Source of the DNA: Planctomycetota bacterium
GTDB taxonomy: Bacteria; Planctomycetota; UBA1135
Length of the DNA: 34,127 bases
Assembly: GCA_045047305.1 (NCBI GenBank)
Contig: JASFYO010000070.1
Coordinates: 1-34,127 of the forward strand
Direction: 5' to 3'
The notes under the pieces are model-generated. The model did not search any database. It was not told the DNA's origin and was given only the letters and a program-made list of their open reading frames with translations. The position numbers and the translations under genes were made by a program. Shown here piece after piece: positions 19,962-28,030 of this stretch. Position 1 is the first letter of the stretch, and each line of letters opens with the position of its first letter.

Positions 19962-20193
19962 GAATTGAGATTCTTTGGAGAAACCAGGGAGGTTCAGATT
20001 ATCAGCGAGTTATCACGAAACTGTGACATTTGCGCAGAAAAACAAGTTCCACCATTTAATTCCATAACAGCTAGTCGGCAATAGGCTCCGCTCCCTAAAG
20101 GATTTAGTTTTTGCAATATCCTGGGAACTTTTGTCGCGCATAAGCATCTAATGAAATAGGCTTATCCCTGAAAGGCCTTCTTTTCCCTCGCTA

Positions 20194-21189
20194 GTGCTCC
20201 TTTTTGTGACATCACCCTCCCTCCCCTCTGACTCCTATTCGCGACGTAAGTTCCTGCAAGGGATGGCTTCTGTGACCGGGGTTGCCGTCGTAAGTGGCCA
20301 GCAGACTGGACTTTCGGCATTACACGCCGCTGTCTTCCCTGCAGCTCCTGCCTACACCCTATGGGCGGTCGAAGCGATTCAAGTGCAGGAGGTTTTCCCC
20401 AACGGTTCTGCAGTAGACTTTTTCCGTTATCAACCCTTGCAAGGTTCAGCCACTCGCGGAAATCTGCCGTATTTCGAAGCCACGGAAGGCGCAATCATCA
20501 TCGTTGGAGTCAGGAACTCCCTTTCTATTGCGATTCGCCCGGAAATTGTAGGGGTAGCGGTTGGCCCGCTGATCGCTCCTGGTCAACAGGATTGGTTCCG
20601 CTTCATCATGCCAGCAGCTGGTAGTTACCAACTGAGCCAAGCGGAATACCGCGAAGTCTCTGGTCCACTCGGTCTGGCTGGGGTCATGGTTTCGCGGCCT
20701 TCAAGCGGTGCGCAAGAGCTTTGGAATGGGGGACCTTCCTTTGACCGGGAGTATGTCCTGCATTACCAAGATTCCGATGAGCGTTGGAATCAGGCAGCAG
20801 CGTTAGGTCACTTGCCGAACCTTGGGCTGTACGAGCCGAACTACTTCACGATTAACGGATTGGCCTATCCAAATACTTCGGCCGACCCAGATTCTCACGT
20901 TGCTTGCCTGGTCGGTGAGCGAGTTTTGATCCGACTCTCGAACTCTGGGCGTATACGTCAGAGCATTCACTTCCATGGCTATCATGTGGATATTGCGGCA
21001 CAGAACAACGTGCCAAACATGATTCTTCCGCCTAAAGACACGGTAGAAATTGCGGCTGGTGGAACTACGGATCTAATCTTGACGGTGAATCAAGCAGGCA
21101 TTTTCCCGGTGCACTCACACTCTTTAACCGCAGTGACCTCCAACGGGATCTACCCATACGGTCAACGGACCTTCATTGAAGCTACTTAG
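20194..21189 (+). CDS. Tat-exported two-cupredoxin-domain multicopper oxidase-like protein A (HxH pairs only in domain 2, no type-1 Cys)
   Basis: SRRKFL Tat motif; FTINGLAYP, VLIRLSN, SIHFHG, KDTVEI..G, FPVHSH. True start may be GTG 20206. Confidence 0.85.
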   Translation: MLLFVTSPSLPSDSYSRRKFLQGMASVTGVAVVSGQQTGLSALHAAVFPAAPAYTLWAVEAIQVQEVFPNGSAVDFFRYQPLQGSATRGNLPYFEATEGAIIIVGVRNSLSIAIRPEIVGVAVGPLIAPGQQDWFRFIMPAAGSYQLSQAEYREVSGPLGLAGVMVSRPSSGAQELWNGGPSFDREYVLHYQDSDERWNQAAALGHLPNLGLYEPNYFTINGLAYPNTSADPDSHVACLVGERVLIRLSNSGRIRQSIHFHGYHVDIAAQNNVPNMILPPKDTVEIAAGGTTDLILTVNQAGIFPVHSHSLTAVTSNGIYPYGQRTFIEAT

Positions 21190-21198
21190 AGATTGATT

Positions 21199-22101
21199 AT
21201 GGCTGGACTCGGACAAAACGTAGGAAATAATTTCACCCTAACTGCGCGCATGACTGGAAACCTTTCCGTCGCTGGAGGCAGCTATACCTCGTGGTTCTTT
21301 ACCGATGGAGCGGCAATAAGCGGACGTGGATTTATGGGGGATCGTGACTTTCCGTCGGCGCACTTGGAGTGCATCGAAGGGCAAGCGATTTCTCTGCGCT
21401 TGGAGAATCGGAGCCCTATGGAACACACCATCCACCTACATGGATTGGATGTGGATCAAGCCAATGATGGGGTACCGACGACTTCAGCATCGGTCCCTCC
21501 CATGGGCAGTAGAACTTACCTCTTCACTGCACCGCATGCTGGCACTTATCACTACCACTGCCATGTAGATACGGTGATTCACTACGCTCGTGGCATGAAT
21601 GGAACCATCATCGTGCGTCCGCCAAGTGGGCAGCTAAACCTTGCTTGGGCAGGCGGCCCATCCTTCGATGAAGAAGTGTTGTGGCAGCTTGCAACGATTG
21701 ATACTGCATGGATGAGCCTTTCGGTTTCTAGTTCAGCCAATGCCCGCATGCGGCCCAATAGTTTTCTGTTAAACGGTTTTGAAACGGCCAACTCTAAAAC
21801 GGATCCCTTTTCACGCGTTGTGATACAGCAAGGACAATCGGCCTACATTCGAGTCTTGAGCGCAGCCTATCAATGGGCGCGGGTTCGCTTGGGTGGCCAA
21901 AGTTTTGATGTCGTCGCAACCGATGGCCGGCCCATGCTGGCTGCACAAACGGTTACCGAGTGGGAGCTTGGTCCTGGAGAGCGTTACGATTTGCTGTTCA
22001 CTGGTTTGGCCGCAGGAACCTGGGAAGCAACCATCGAATATCTCGATGACCACAGTGGTGCCATACTCGGTACTGTAAAGACCGATATTGTGGTGGTCTG
22101 A
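21199..22101 (+). CDS. Two-cupredoxin-domain multicopper oxidase-like protein B (type-1 site and HxH pairs only in domain 1; no evident signal peptide)
   Basis: EHTIHLHG, DGVP, AGTYHYHCHVDTVIHYARGMNG; domain 2 has FLLNG, VVATDG, LGPGERYDL but no His ligands. ATG 21199 preferred over TTG 21193. Confidence 0.88.
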   Translation: MAGLGQNVGNNFTLTARMTGNLSVAGGSYTSWFFTDGAAISGRGFMGDRDFPSAHLECIEGQAISLRLENRSPMEHTIHLHGLDVDQANDGVPTTSASVPPMGSRTYLFTAPHAGTYHYHCHVDTVIHYARGMNGTIIVRPPSGQLNLAWAGGPSFDEEVLWQLATIDTAWMSLSVSSSANARMRPNSFLLNGFETANSKTDPFSRVVIQQGQSAYIRVLSAAYQWARVRLGGQSFDVVATDGRPMLAAQTVTEWELGPGERYDLLFTGLAAGTWEATIEYLDDHSGAILGTVKTDIVVV

Positions 22102-22134
22102 AAAAACGGGCCCAATCCTTTCGGAATGGGCCCG
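22101..22134. terminator. Terminator hairpin between convergent genes
   Basis: AAAAAA-CGGGCCCA-ATCC-TTTC-GGAA-TGGGCCCG; the A-run gives a U-tract on the minus strand. Confidence 0.75.
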
Positions 22135-22158
22135 CATCTGGAGGTCTGACAGGGGGAT

Positions 22159-22671
22159 CTAGTATTCCAGATAGGCAACCCCGCGCTCATCGGCGCCAGC
22201 GAGGTCAGCGTAGATTTCTCCGGTGGCAGGAACATAGACCCATCCACAAGAACCGTTCAGTACCGGGGTGCTGTAGTTTTCCGGCATCGAGCGTACGCTG
22301 GAGAGGCCATTTACGGGGTTCGAAGGAAGCGTCTGAAGATAGGGTCCATGAAAACGGTCTTCGAAGTTGTTCAGCATGGCAGTGCTGCCGTCGGAGCGGC
22401 TGCGGCCGACCAGCTGCTCCTCAAAATCGAGATTCGCGCGTCCGGGCATCATGGGGCTACCTTGGACCTCGTGATCCATCGAGAAGCGGAAGACGGCGGT
22501 ACGCAGGACTGAGAGGCTGTCGTGCAGCTCTACGTTCTTCTCACCCGGATCGCCAGAGGATGGCAAAGCGGTGAGGAGGGCTACTGCGACGATGGCAAGG
22601 ACAGCAGCGAAAGTTTCGAACAGGGGAAGACGTTGATTCATGGTCTCATGGGTCAGAGGCTTATCGGCCAT
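22159..22671 (-). CDS. Type II secretion/type IV pseudopilin-like protein with degenerate prepilin motif
   Basis: Hydrophobic N-terminal helix then L..LR.AV..F..DH...PG, GPYLQTLPSNPVN and GWVYVPATGEIYAD, as in GspG-like pseudopilins. Start is ATG 22671 or 22641. Confidence 0.7.
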   Translation of the reverse strand: MADKPLTHETMNQRLPLFETFAAVLAIVAVALLTALPSSGDPGEKNVELHDSLSVLRTAVFRFSMDHEVQGSPMMPGRANLDFEEQLVGRSRSDGSTAMLNNFEDRFHGPYLQTLPSNPVNGLSSVRSMPENYSTPVLNGSCGWVYVPATGEIYADLAGADERGVAYLEY

Positions 22672-22959
22672 TTCCGATTTCCAACTTGACGCAAGAAGTA
22701 TGGGACTTTTGCTGGTCATGCAACCGGAAAACCTAAGCCTTGACAGCAACTTTTTCTCCTTTTTCCTCTAAACTCTTTGCTCCGTGGGCCGAAAGAAAAG
22801 CTGACGAACTGTGAAATGCCCTTATATGGGGGTATCAGCAGCTTGCTCCAATCGCGGAGCACGTTAGTCTTTCGGGAATCTTTTGTCTTTGGCTGCCGCC
22901 TTAGGCAAAAAAAATCGAAAAAAGTCTCCGGAAATGCCGGAAAGGGCAAAAAAAGCCAA

Positions 22960-25869
22960 ATGCAACTCATCATCGCCGAGAAACCTAGCGTAGCTGCTGA
23001 CCTGGCACGCGCTCTCCCAGGTACCTTCCAGCAGCAAGATGGCTACTGGGAAAGCCCCGACACCCTGATTTCCTGGGCCGTGGGTCACCTCTTGGAGCTC
23101 TCCGAGCCCGAAGATTATGATCCAGAGCTGAAAAACTGGTCCCTGGCTAACCTGCCGGTGCTTCCGGACCCTTTTCGGCGGCGTCCGCGTAAAGGACAGT
23201 CATCGCAGTTGCGCTTGCTGAAAAAACTAAGCAAGCGCGGTGATATCGCCAGCATGGTGAATGCTTGCGATGCTGCGCGAGAAGGCGAGCTCATTTTCCG
23301 TGAGATTGCGGAGCACTTGCAGCTAGATGTGCCCATCAAGCGTTTGTGGCTGCAGTCGATGACCGCGGATTCCATTCGTGAAGCCTTTGCCGCTTTGCGT
23401 CCGGGAGAAGAGTTTGAAGGTCTTAGCGCTGCGGCTTATTGTCGCGCGGAGGCTGATTGGCTCATCGGGATTAACGCAACGCGCGGGATTACCAAACGCC
23501 TTAAGGGGCGTCGTGAGCGCGGAGTTTGGTCGGCTGGTCGGGTGCAAACACCAACCTTGGCCTTGATGGTGCACCGCGAGACCAAAGTGCTCGCTCACGT
23601 ACCCGTGGTGTTTTGGCGGTTGAAGGGAAGCTTCGCTGCAAATGGTCTGAGTTATGAAGGCCAGTACCGCACTTCACGCAGTGGCAAAGATGTCGAGAAG
23701 ATTTGGAAGGAGGACGATGCCAAAGCTGTGGTTGCAGCCTGTGAAAAACAGCCGGCCACTGTGGTTGAGAAAATCACATCGAGCAAACGAGCGGTCCCTG
23801 CTTTACATTCCTTGACCTCCTTGCAGAAAGAGGCCAACAGTCGCTTTGGTTTGTCGGCGCGCCGCACTTTGCAGGCAGCACAACGGCTTTATGAAGGTCA
23901 TAAAGTTCTGACTTACCCGCGTACTGATTCCAACTGCTTGCCGCAGGATTACACCGGGCACGTTGATGAGGTTTTAAAGACTTTGGCCAGTGGCGATATG
24001 GCTACTGCTTTCAGCGAGTCGGAACGCCACACTGCGATTGATAAGGCTGCGGCTTTACTGCTGAAGGAAGGCCTGAGCAACACCAAGCGCAACTTCAATG
24101 ATGCCGGAGTGAGTGATCACTTTGCCATCATTCCTACAGGCAATATTCCATCATCACCTCTAGGCGGTGATGATGCACGCGTTTTTGAGCTCGTCACCCG
24201 ACGTTTCGTCAGCGCCTTCATGACCCCTAGTCGTTGGGAGAAGGTAGTGCGGGAAAGCAAAGTGGAGAATGGCGGCCAGAGCTACAAGTTCTTTACCGAA
24301 GCCAGCCGCATGGTGGAGGCTGGGTGGCAGTTGGTCGATCGTCGGCCAAAGGCTTCTGAGCAACTTGGCGAGCTAGGCGTTGTGCCAGGCGAAATCGCTC
24401 ACGGCAAGGTGGAAGCTCTCAACTTGGAAGAAGATTCGACCCGCCCTCCGAAGCGCTTCACGGAAGCTGGGTTGTTGAAGGCTATGGAGACCGCTTCCGA
24501 CCTGGATTTGGATACTTGGGAGGAGATTGAAGACGATGAAGCTGTTCGGGTGATGAAAGACAAGGGTCTGGGCACTCCAGCAACCCGCGCCGACATCATC
24601 GAGGCCTTGATTGCCAAGGGATATGTTTTACGCAGCGGCAAGACTTTGCGGGCATCGGCGAAAGGAATTACTTTAGTCGACTTTCTCGAACGTTTGCAGG
24701 CAGATGACTTGGCCAAGGCATCGCAGACGGCAGAAATGGAATCGCGCCTCTACCAGGTAGAGAATGGTCAACGTAGCCGTGAAGACTACATGAATGAAAT
24801 CAAGGCGTCGGTCACCGAGTTGGTCGGCAAATTGAGTACCTTCTCTTACGATGAACTTTACTCTGAAGAGGAGTCGATTGGAAAGTGCCCGAAGGACGGT
24901 TTTGATATCCGCGAAGGTCTCAAAGGGTATCGTTGCGTGCGCAAGGCCAAGGGTACTCAGTACAAGCTCACGATTAAGAGTTTGGGCAAGGAAGCGAAAA
25001 CATCGTTGAATGATATGGCGGAGTTGTTGCAGAAAGAGCTCGAAAAGATGAGCGATGTGGTCACGGTAGAGCCAGACATCAAGCGCACCAATGGATACTT
25101 GAACTTCGCGATTAAGTCGGAGCGCATGGTGGATGAGTATGTCGCTGAGTTGGTGCCAACTTTAATGGAAGCAGTGCCAGCCGACAGCCTGAAGGAAGAC
25201 TTGAAGCTGGAAGCAGTGGATCCCGATGCATGTGGCTACACCATTTGGAAAGAGTTCCGTGGTCGCTACATTAACCGTCCGGTTGCTTCCAAATTGTTGG
25301 TGGAAAAGGATTCCGGCCCGATTGAGGGCTTCGTCAGCATGCGCGGCGAAACCTATGCTGGCCGCATCTTGGTTGACGAAGAGATGAAGCTGGCATTTGA
25401 GCCAGTGAAAGACTTCAAGGGCTCAGACGATGATGGCGCGGTTGCTCCGGAACTGGTTTCTTATCAGGTGGATGAATCGCCGTTTGTGGCATGTCCATTA
25501 GGGAAGGGCATGATCATTGAAACCCCAACCCATTTTGAATCGTCTGAACCGAAAGGCATCAAAATGCCGCGTACGGTTTGTAAGCGAGAAATGCGTCGCG
25601 TGGACTTGATCCCGTTCTTCGATTTGGAAGTCGGGCATACCGACTGGATCGAGGATTTCATTTCGCGCAAAGGCCGTAACTTTACTGCGCGTTTGGTGCG
25701 TAAGCCAAACGGCCGCCACGGCTTTGAATTTAAGCCGCGTGAAGGTGGCCCGAAGAAGAAGAAAGTGGTGAAGAAGAAGGCGGCAAAGAAAAAGGCCACC
25801 AAGAAGAAAGCCACTAAGAAAAAGGCTGTGAAGAAAGTTGCGGCAAAGAAAGCTTCTTCGGAGGACTAG
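22960..25869 (+). CDS. topB: DNA topoisomerase III (type IA) with C-terminal repeats and Lys-rich tail
   Basis: MQLIIAEKPSVA, GHLLEL, NACDAAREGELIF, SAGRVQTPTL, LTYPRTDS (catalytic Tyr), GLGTPATRADIIE, C-terminal IEGFVS..G / IEDFISRKG repeats. Start moved to ATG 22960. Confidence 0.92.
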   Translation: MQLIIAEKPSVAADLARALPGTFQQQDGYWESPDTLISWAVGHLLELSEPEDYDPELKNWSLANLPVLPDPFRRRPRKGQSSQLRLLKKLSKRGDIASMVNACDAAREGELIFREIAEHLQLDVPIKRLWLQSMTADSIREAFAALRPGEEFEGLSAAAYCRAEADWLIGINATRGITKRLKGRRERGVWSAGRVQTPTLALMVHRETKVLAHVPVVFWRLKGSFAANGLSYEGQYRTSRSGKDVEKIWKEDDAKAVVAACEKQPATVVEKITSSKRAVPALHSLTSLQKEANSRFGLSARRTLQAAQRLYEGHKVLTYPRTDSNCLPQDYTGHVDEVLKTLASGDMATAFSESERHTAIDKAAALLLKEGLSNTKRNFNDAGVSDHFAIIPTGNIPSSPLGGDDARVFELVTRRFVSAFMTPSRWEKVVRESKVENGGQSYKFFTEASRMVEAGWQLVDRRPKASEQLGELGVVPGEIAHGKVEALNLEEDSTRPPKRFTEAGLLKAMETASDLDLDTWEEIEDDEAVRVMKDKGLGTPATRADIIEALIAKGYVLRSGKTLRASAKGITLVDFLERLQADDLAKASQTAEMESRLYQVENGQRSREDYMNEIKASVTELVGKLSTFSYDELYSEEESIGKCPKDGFDIREGLKGYRCVRKAKGTQYKLTIKSLGKEAKTSLNDMAELLQKELEKMSDVVTVEPDIKRTNGYLNFAIKSERMVDEYVAELVPTLMEAVPADSLKEDLKLEAVDPDACGYTIWKEFRGRYINRPVASKLLVEKDSGPIEGFVSMRGETYAGRILVDEEMKLAFEPVKDFKGSDDDGAVAPELVSYQVDESPFVACPLGKGMIIETPTHFESSEPKGIKMPRTVCKREMRRVDLIPFFDLEVGHTDWIEDFISRKGRNFTARLVRKPNGRHGFEFKPREGGPKKKKVVKKKAAKKKATKKKATKKKAVKKVAAKKASSED

Positions 25870-25877
25870 ACCATTCC

Positions 25878-26615
25878 GTGGGCACCAAGCGTCTTGCGAT
25901 GTGGTCGTGCCCACGAACCGTCTCTACTGCACTGTTGCGCAGCTTTGCGCAACGAACGGATACGCTTTGTGTCGATGAACCTCTTTATGCGCACTACCTA
26001 AGCGCCACAGGGTGCATTCACCCTATGCGCGAAGAGGTGTTGGCCGCCCAGCCTCATGCTTGGCGCGATGTCGTGCAACAAACCTTGTTGGCGCCGTGCG
26101 CAAAACCAGTGCAGTTTGTAAAGCACATGGCGCACCACTTAGAAGGGGGAGTGGAAACCGATTTCGCCCTAGAGGCCTCGATGATCAATCTGTTCTTGAT
26201 TCGTCATCCACGCGAGATGCTTCCTTCTTTGTTGTCTGATTTAGGCCATTTAGAGCCGATGGACATTGGCTATGGGCGCCAAGTCGAGTTGTTTCGGCGC
26301 TTGAAGCAGGCCGGTCGGTGCACCGCTGTTATCGACAGCACCGAGTTGCTTGCCGCGCCGGAAAGCATGTTGCGTGCCCTATGTACTGCTGTGGGCCTGG
26401 ATTTCGAGCCTGCCATGATGGAGTGGCCTGCGGGCCGACACGAGAGTTACGGAGTATGGGCTCCTGCTTGGTATGCCAAGGTGGAAACGTCCACTGGGTG
26501 GCGCAAGCACGTTGCAAAGACCGCGCCCTTTCCACCTCAGCTAGAGGAACTTTATCCGCTTGCGCTTACGGCCTATGAAGAGCTGTATGCTGAAGCTTTA
26601 CATCCTTCTGCATAG
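25878..26615 (+). CDS. Sulfotransferase-like P-loop protein (family resembling the N-domain of BCAT-like fusion proteins)
   Basis: RLAMWSCPRTVSTALLRSF..R.D..C.DEPLYAHYL, KHMAHH, FLIRHP, GVWAPAWY..VE.STG. Confidence 0.85.
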   Translation: MGTKRLAMWSCPRTVSTALLRSFAQRTDTLCVDEPLYAHYLSATGCIHPMREEVLAAQPHAWRDVVQQTLLAPCAKPVQFVKHMAHHLEGGVETDFALEASMINLFLIRHPREMLPSLLSDLGHLEPMDIGYGRQVELFRRLKQAGRCTAVIDSTELLAAPESMLRALCTAVGLDFEPAMMEWPAGRHESYGVWAPAWYAKVETSTGWRKHVAKTAPFPPQLEELYPLALTAYEELYAEALHPSA

Positions 26616-26621
26616 AGGACC

Positions 26622-27026
26622 ATGACTGAAACAGCGCAACTCATCGAGGCCGCACGTGCCGCGGCTCAGCAATCCTATTGCCCATACAGCAAGTTCGCGG
26701 TTGGGGCTGCGATTCTATGGAGTGATGGAGAGTTAAGCGTTGGGGTGAATGTCGAAAATGCGAGTTACCCCTTATCGGTTTGTGCCGAGCGCAGTGCCGT
26801 GAGTGAAGGTGTGCGGCGGGGGCAACGTCGGATACATAAGGTTGCGGTTTGGGCCGACGTCGACGACGTGGTGGCGCCATGCGGTGCGTGTCGTCAGGTG
26901 CTCTATGAGTTTTGCTCTGGAGATGCTGCAAGTGTGGAAGTCATCCTTGCCGGTCGCACTGCTAAGCGCACGACGACCTTAGATGTACTCTTGCCAGACG
27001 CCTTCGGTCCGCAATCTCTGCACTAA
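26622..27026 (+). CDS. cdd: Cytidine deaminase (homotetrameric type)
   Basis: YCPYSKFAVGAA, GVNVENASY, CAERSA, PCGACRQVLYEF, LLPDAF; GAGG RBS. Confidence 0.95.
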   Translation: MTETAQLIEAARAAAQQSYCPYSKFAVGAAILWSDGELSVGVNVENASYPLSVCAERSAVSEGVRRGQRRIHKVAVWADVDDVVAPCGACRQVLYEFCSGDAASVEVILAGRTAKRTTTLDVLLPDAFGPQSLH

Positions 27027-28030
27027 TCCTGTTGCAGTAATGGCGCGAGGATTTCCGTCGCCATGCGTTTCGAAAACCATGCAGCACCCCGAGGTGCATA
27101 GTGGATGAAGTCGCGGTAATGCTCCATGGGCAAATCCCAATGCTGTTGCAGATTGTAAAACGGAATACCAAGCTGGTCTGCACTCCTTTCGATCCACTGT
27201 AGGTACTTCGGATACGCGCCCTCTTCGAAGTGTTCTAGTAATCCGGTGTAGAAGGGTTGATGCACAAGAATGAGTTGTACTTCGTTTTGCTGACACAACC
27301 TGGCAATCTCGCGCAAATCTGCAGCCCATGCTTCGCTGGTGTGATAACCGCCGACGCGCAACCGTTCGCGCACCGCTTTTTGTTCCGTGACTGGAGGCTG
27401 ACGTCGTGCCATCGGCAACTCCTCTAACTCATATACCCCGCCATACTTCGCGGTGTGATGCGCACCCTCGGGGAAATCCTCGCCCACCACACCCGATGCC
27501 AACCATAAAGCCTCCACGCCCCACGATAATCCATGAACCGCTTCCGGGATGTCGCGCCTGCGCATGCGGTTGCCTTCGGTGAGCATCGATTCCGCTCCTG
27601 CAAACCAACGCCAGAACACTTCCGAATCGGGATGACGTTCGCGGTCGGCATCCCACAGGAAGGGTGCGGCTTCGAGCACAAAAATGCGCGGACGTTGGTG
27701 GGTGAACAGCTCCCGCGTGTAAAAGCGTGCTATTTCAGGAGTGGCTCCTGGCATCGCGAGGTTCCACACTTCCGTCGGACGTCCGAGTTCCTGCTCCAGG
27801 TTTTGCGCGATGACTTGCGGCGCAATGGCGTTGCGCATGGAGGAGGTGCCGAAGAACACCACGTCGACCGGATTGGGGGAAGTCGCGAATCCATGCACGA
27901 CCTGGAGATAACTGTGGTTGGGCACATCCTTCCAGCGCAGATTCAGACTGCCGGCAATCCAATTGGTGAGGCATAATACCGCCCAAAACCCCACTAAGAA
28001 GCGCGTCAGAAAAATGAGGTTTTGTCGCAC
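27023..28030 (-). CDS. Membrane-anchored SGNH-like protein, partner of the MBOAT (AlgJ/DltD/PatB-like role)
   Basis: N-terminal TM helix, VVFFGTSS, WNLAMPG, C-terminal YRDFIHY (DxxH). Start moved to GTG 28030, which overlaps the MBOAT stop (TAGTG). Confidence 0.75.
   Translation of the reverse strand: MRQNLIFLTRFLVGFWAVLCLTNWIAGSLNLRWKDVPNHSYLQVVHGFATSPNPVDVVFFGTSSMRNAIAPQVIAQNLEQELGRPTEVWNLAMPGATPEIARFYTRELFTHQRPRIFVLEAAPFLWDADRERHPDSEVFWRWFAGAESMLTEGNRMRRRDIPEAVHGLSWGVEALWLASGVVGEDFPEGAHHTAKYGGVYELEELPMARRQPPVTEQKAVRERLRVGGYHTSEAWAADLREIARLCQQNEVQLILVHQPFYTGLLEHFEEGAYPKYLQWIERSADQLGIPFYNLQQHWDLPMEHYRDFIHYAPRGAAWFSKRMATEILAPLLQQD

Noticed and set aside
20013..20028. TCAC-N6-GTGA inverted repeat in the divergent promoter as a regulator site
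   Set aside because: Only a 4-bp arm match in the opposite orientation to a CRP/FNR box; too weak to support.
20194..22101. A single four-domain oxidase split by a sequencing error
   Set aside because: The genes are in frame and separated by one TAG, so a nonsense change or read-through is not strictly excluded, but A ends like a complete cupredoxin domain and B has its own N-terminal segment and ATG. Treated as two genes; a fused homologue would still support the complementarity.
21199..22101. Copper nitrite reductase NirK
   Set aside because: Domain 1 has MCO-type HLH and HCH pairs rather than the NirK DxH/HCA pattern, and domain 2 lacks the type-2 His.
22777..22959. 61-aa N-terminal extension of topoisomerase III in the ORF track
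   Set aside because: Homology starts at MQLIIAEKPS (ATG 22960); the upstream part is A-tract-rich intergenic sequence.
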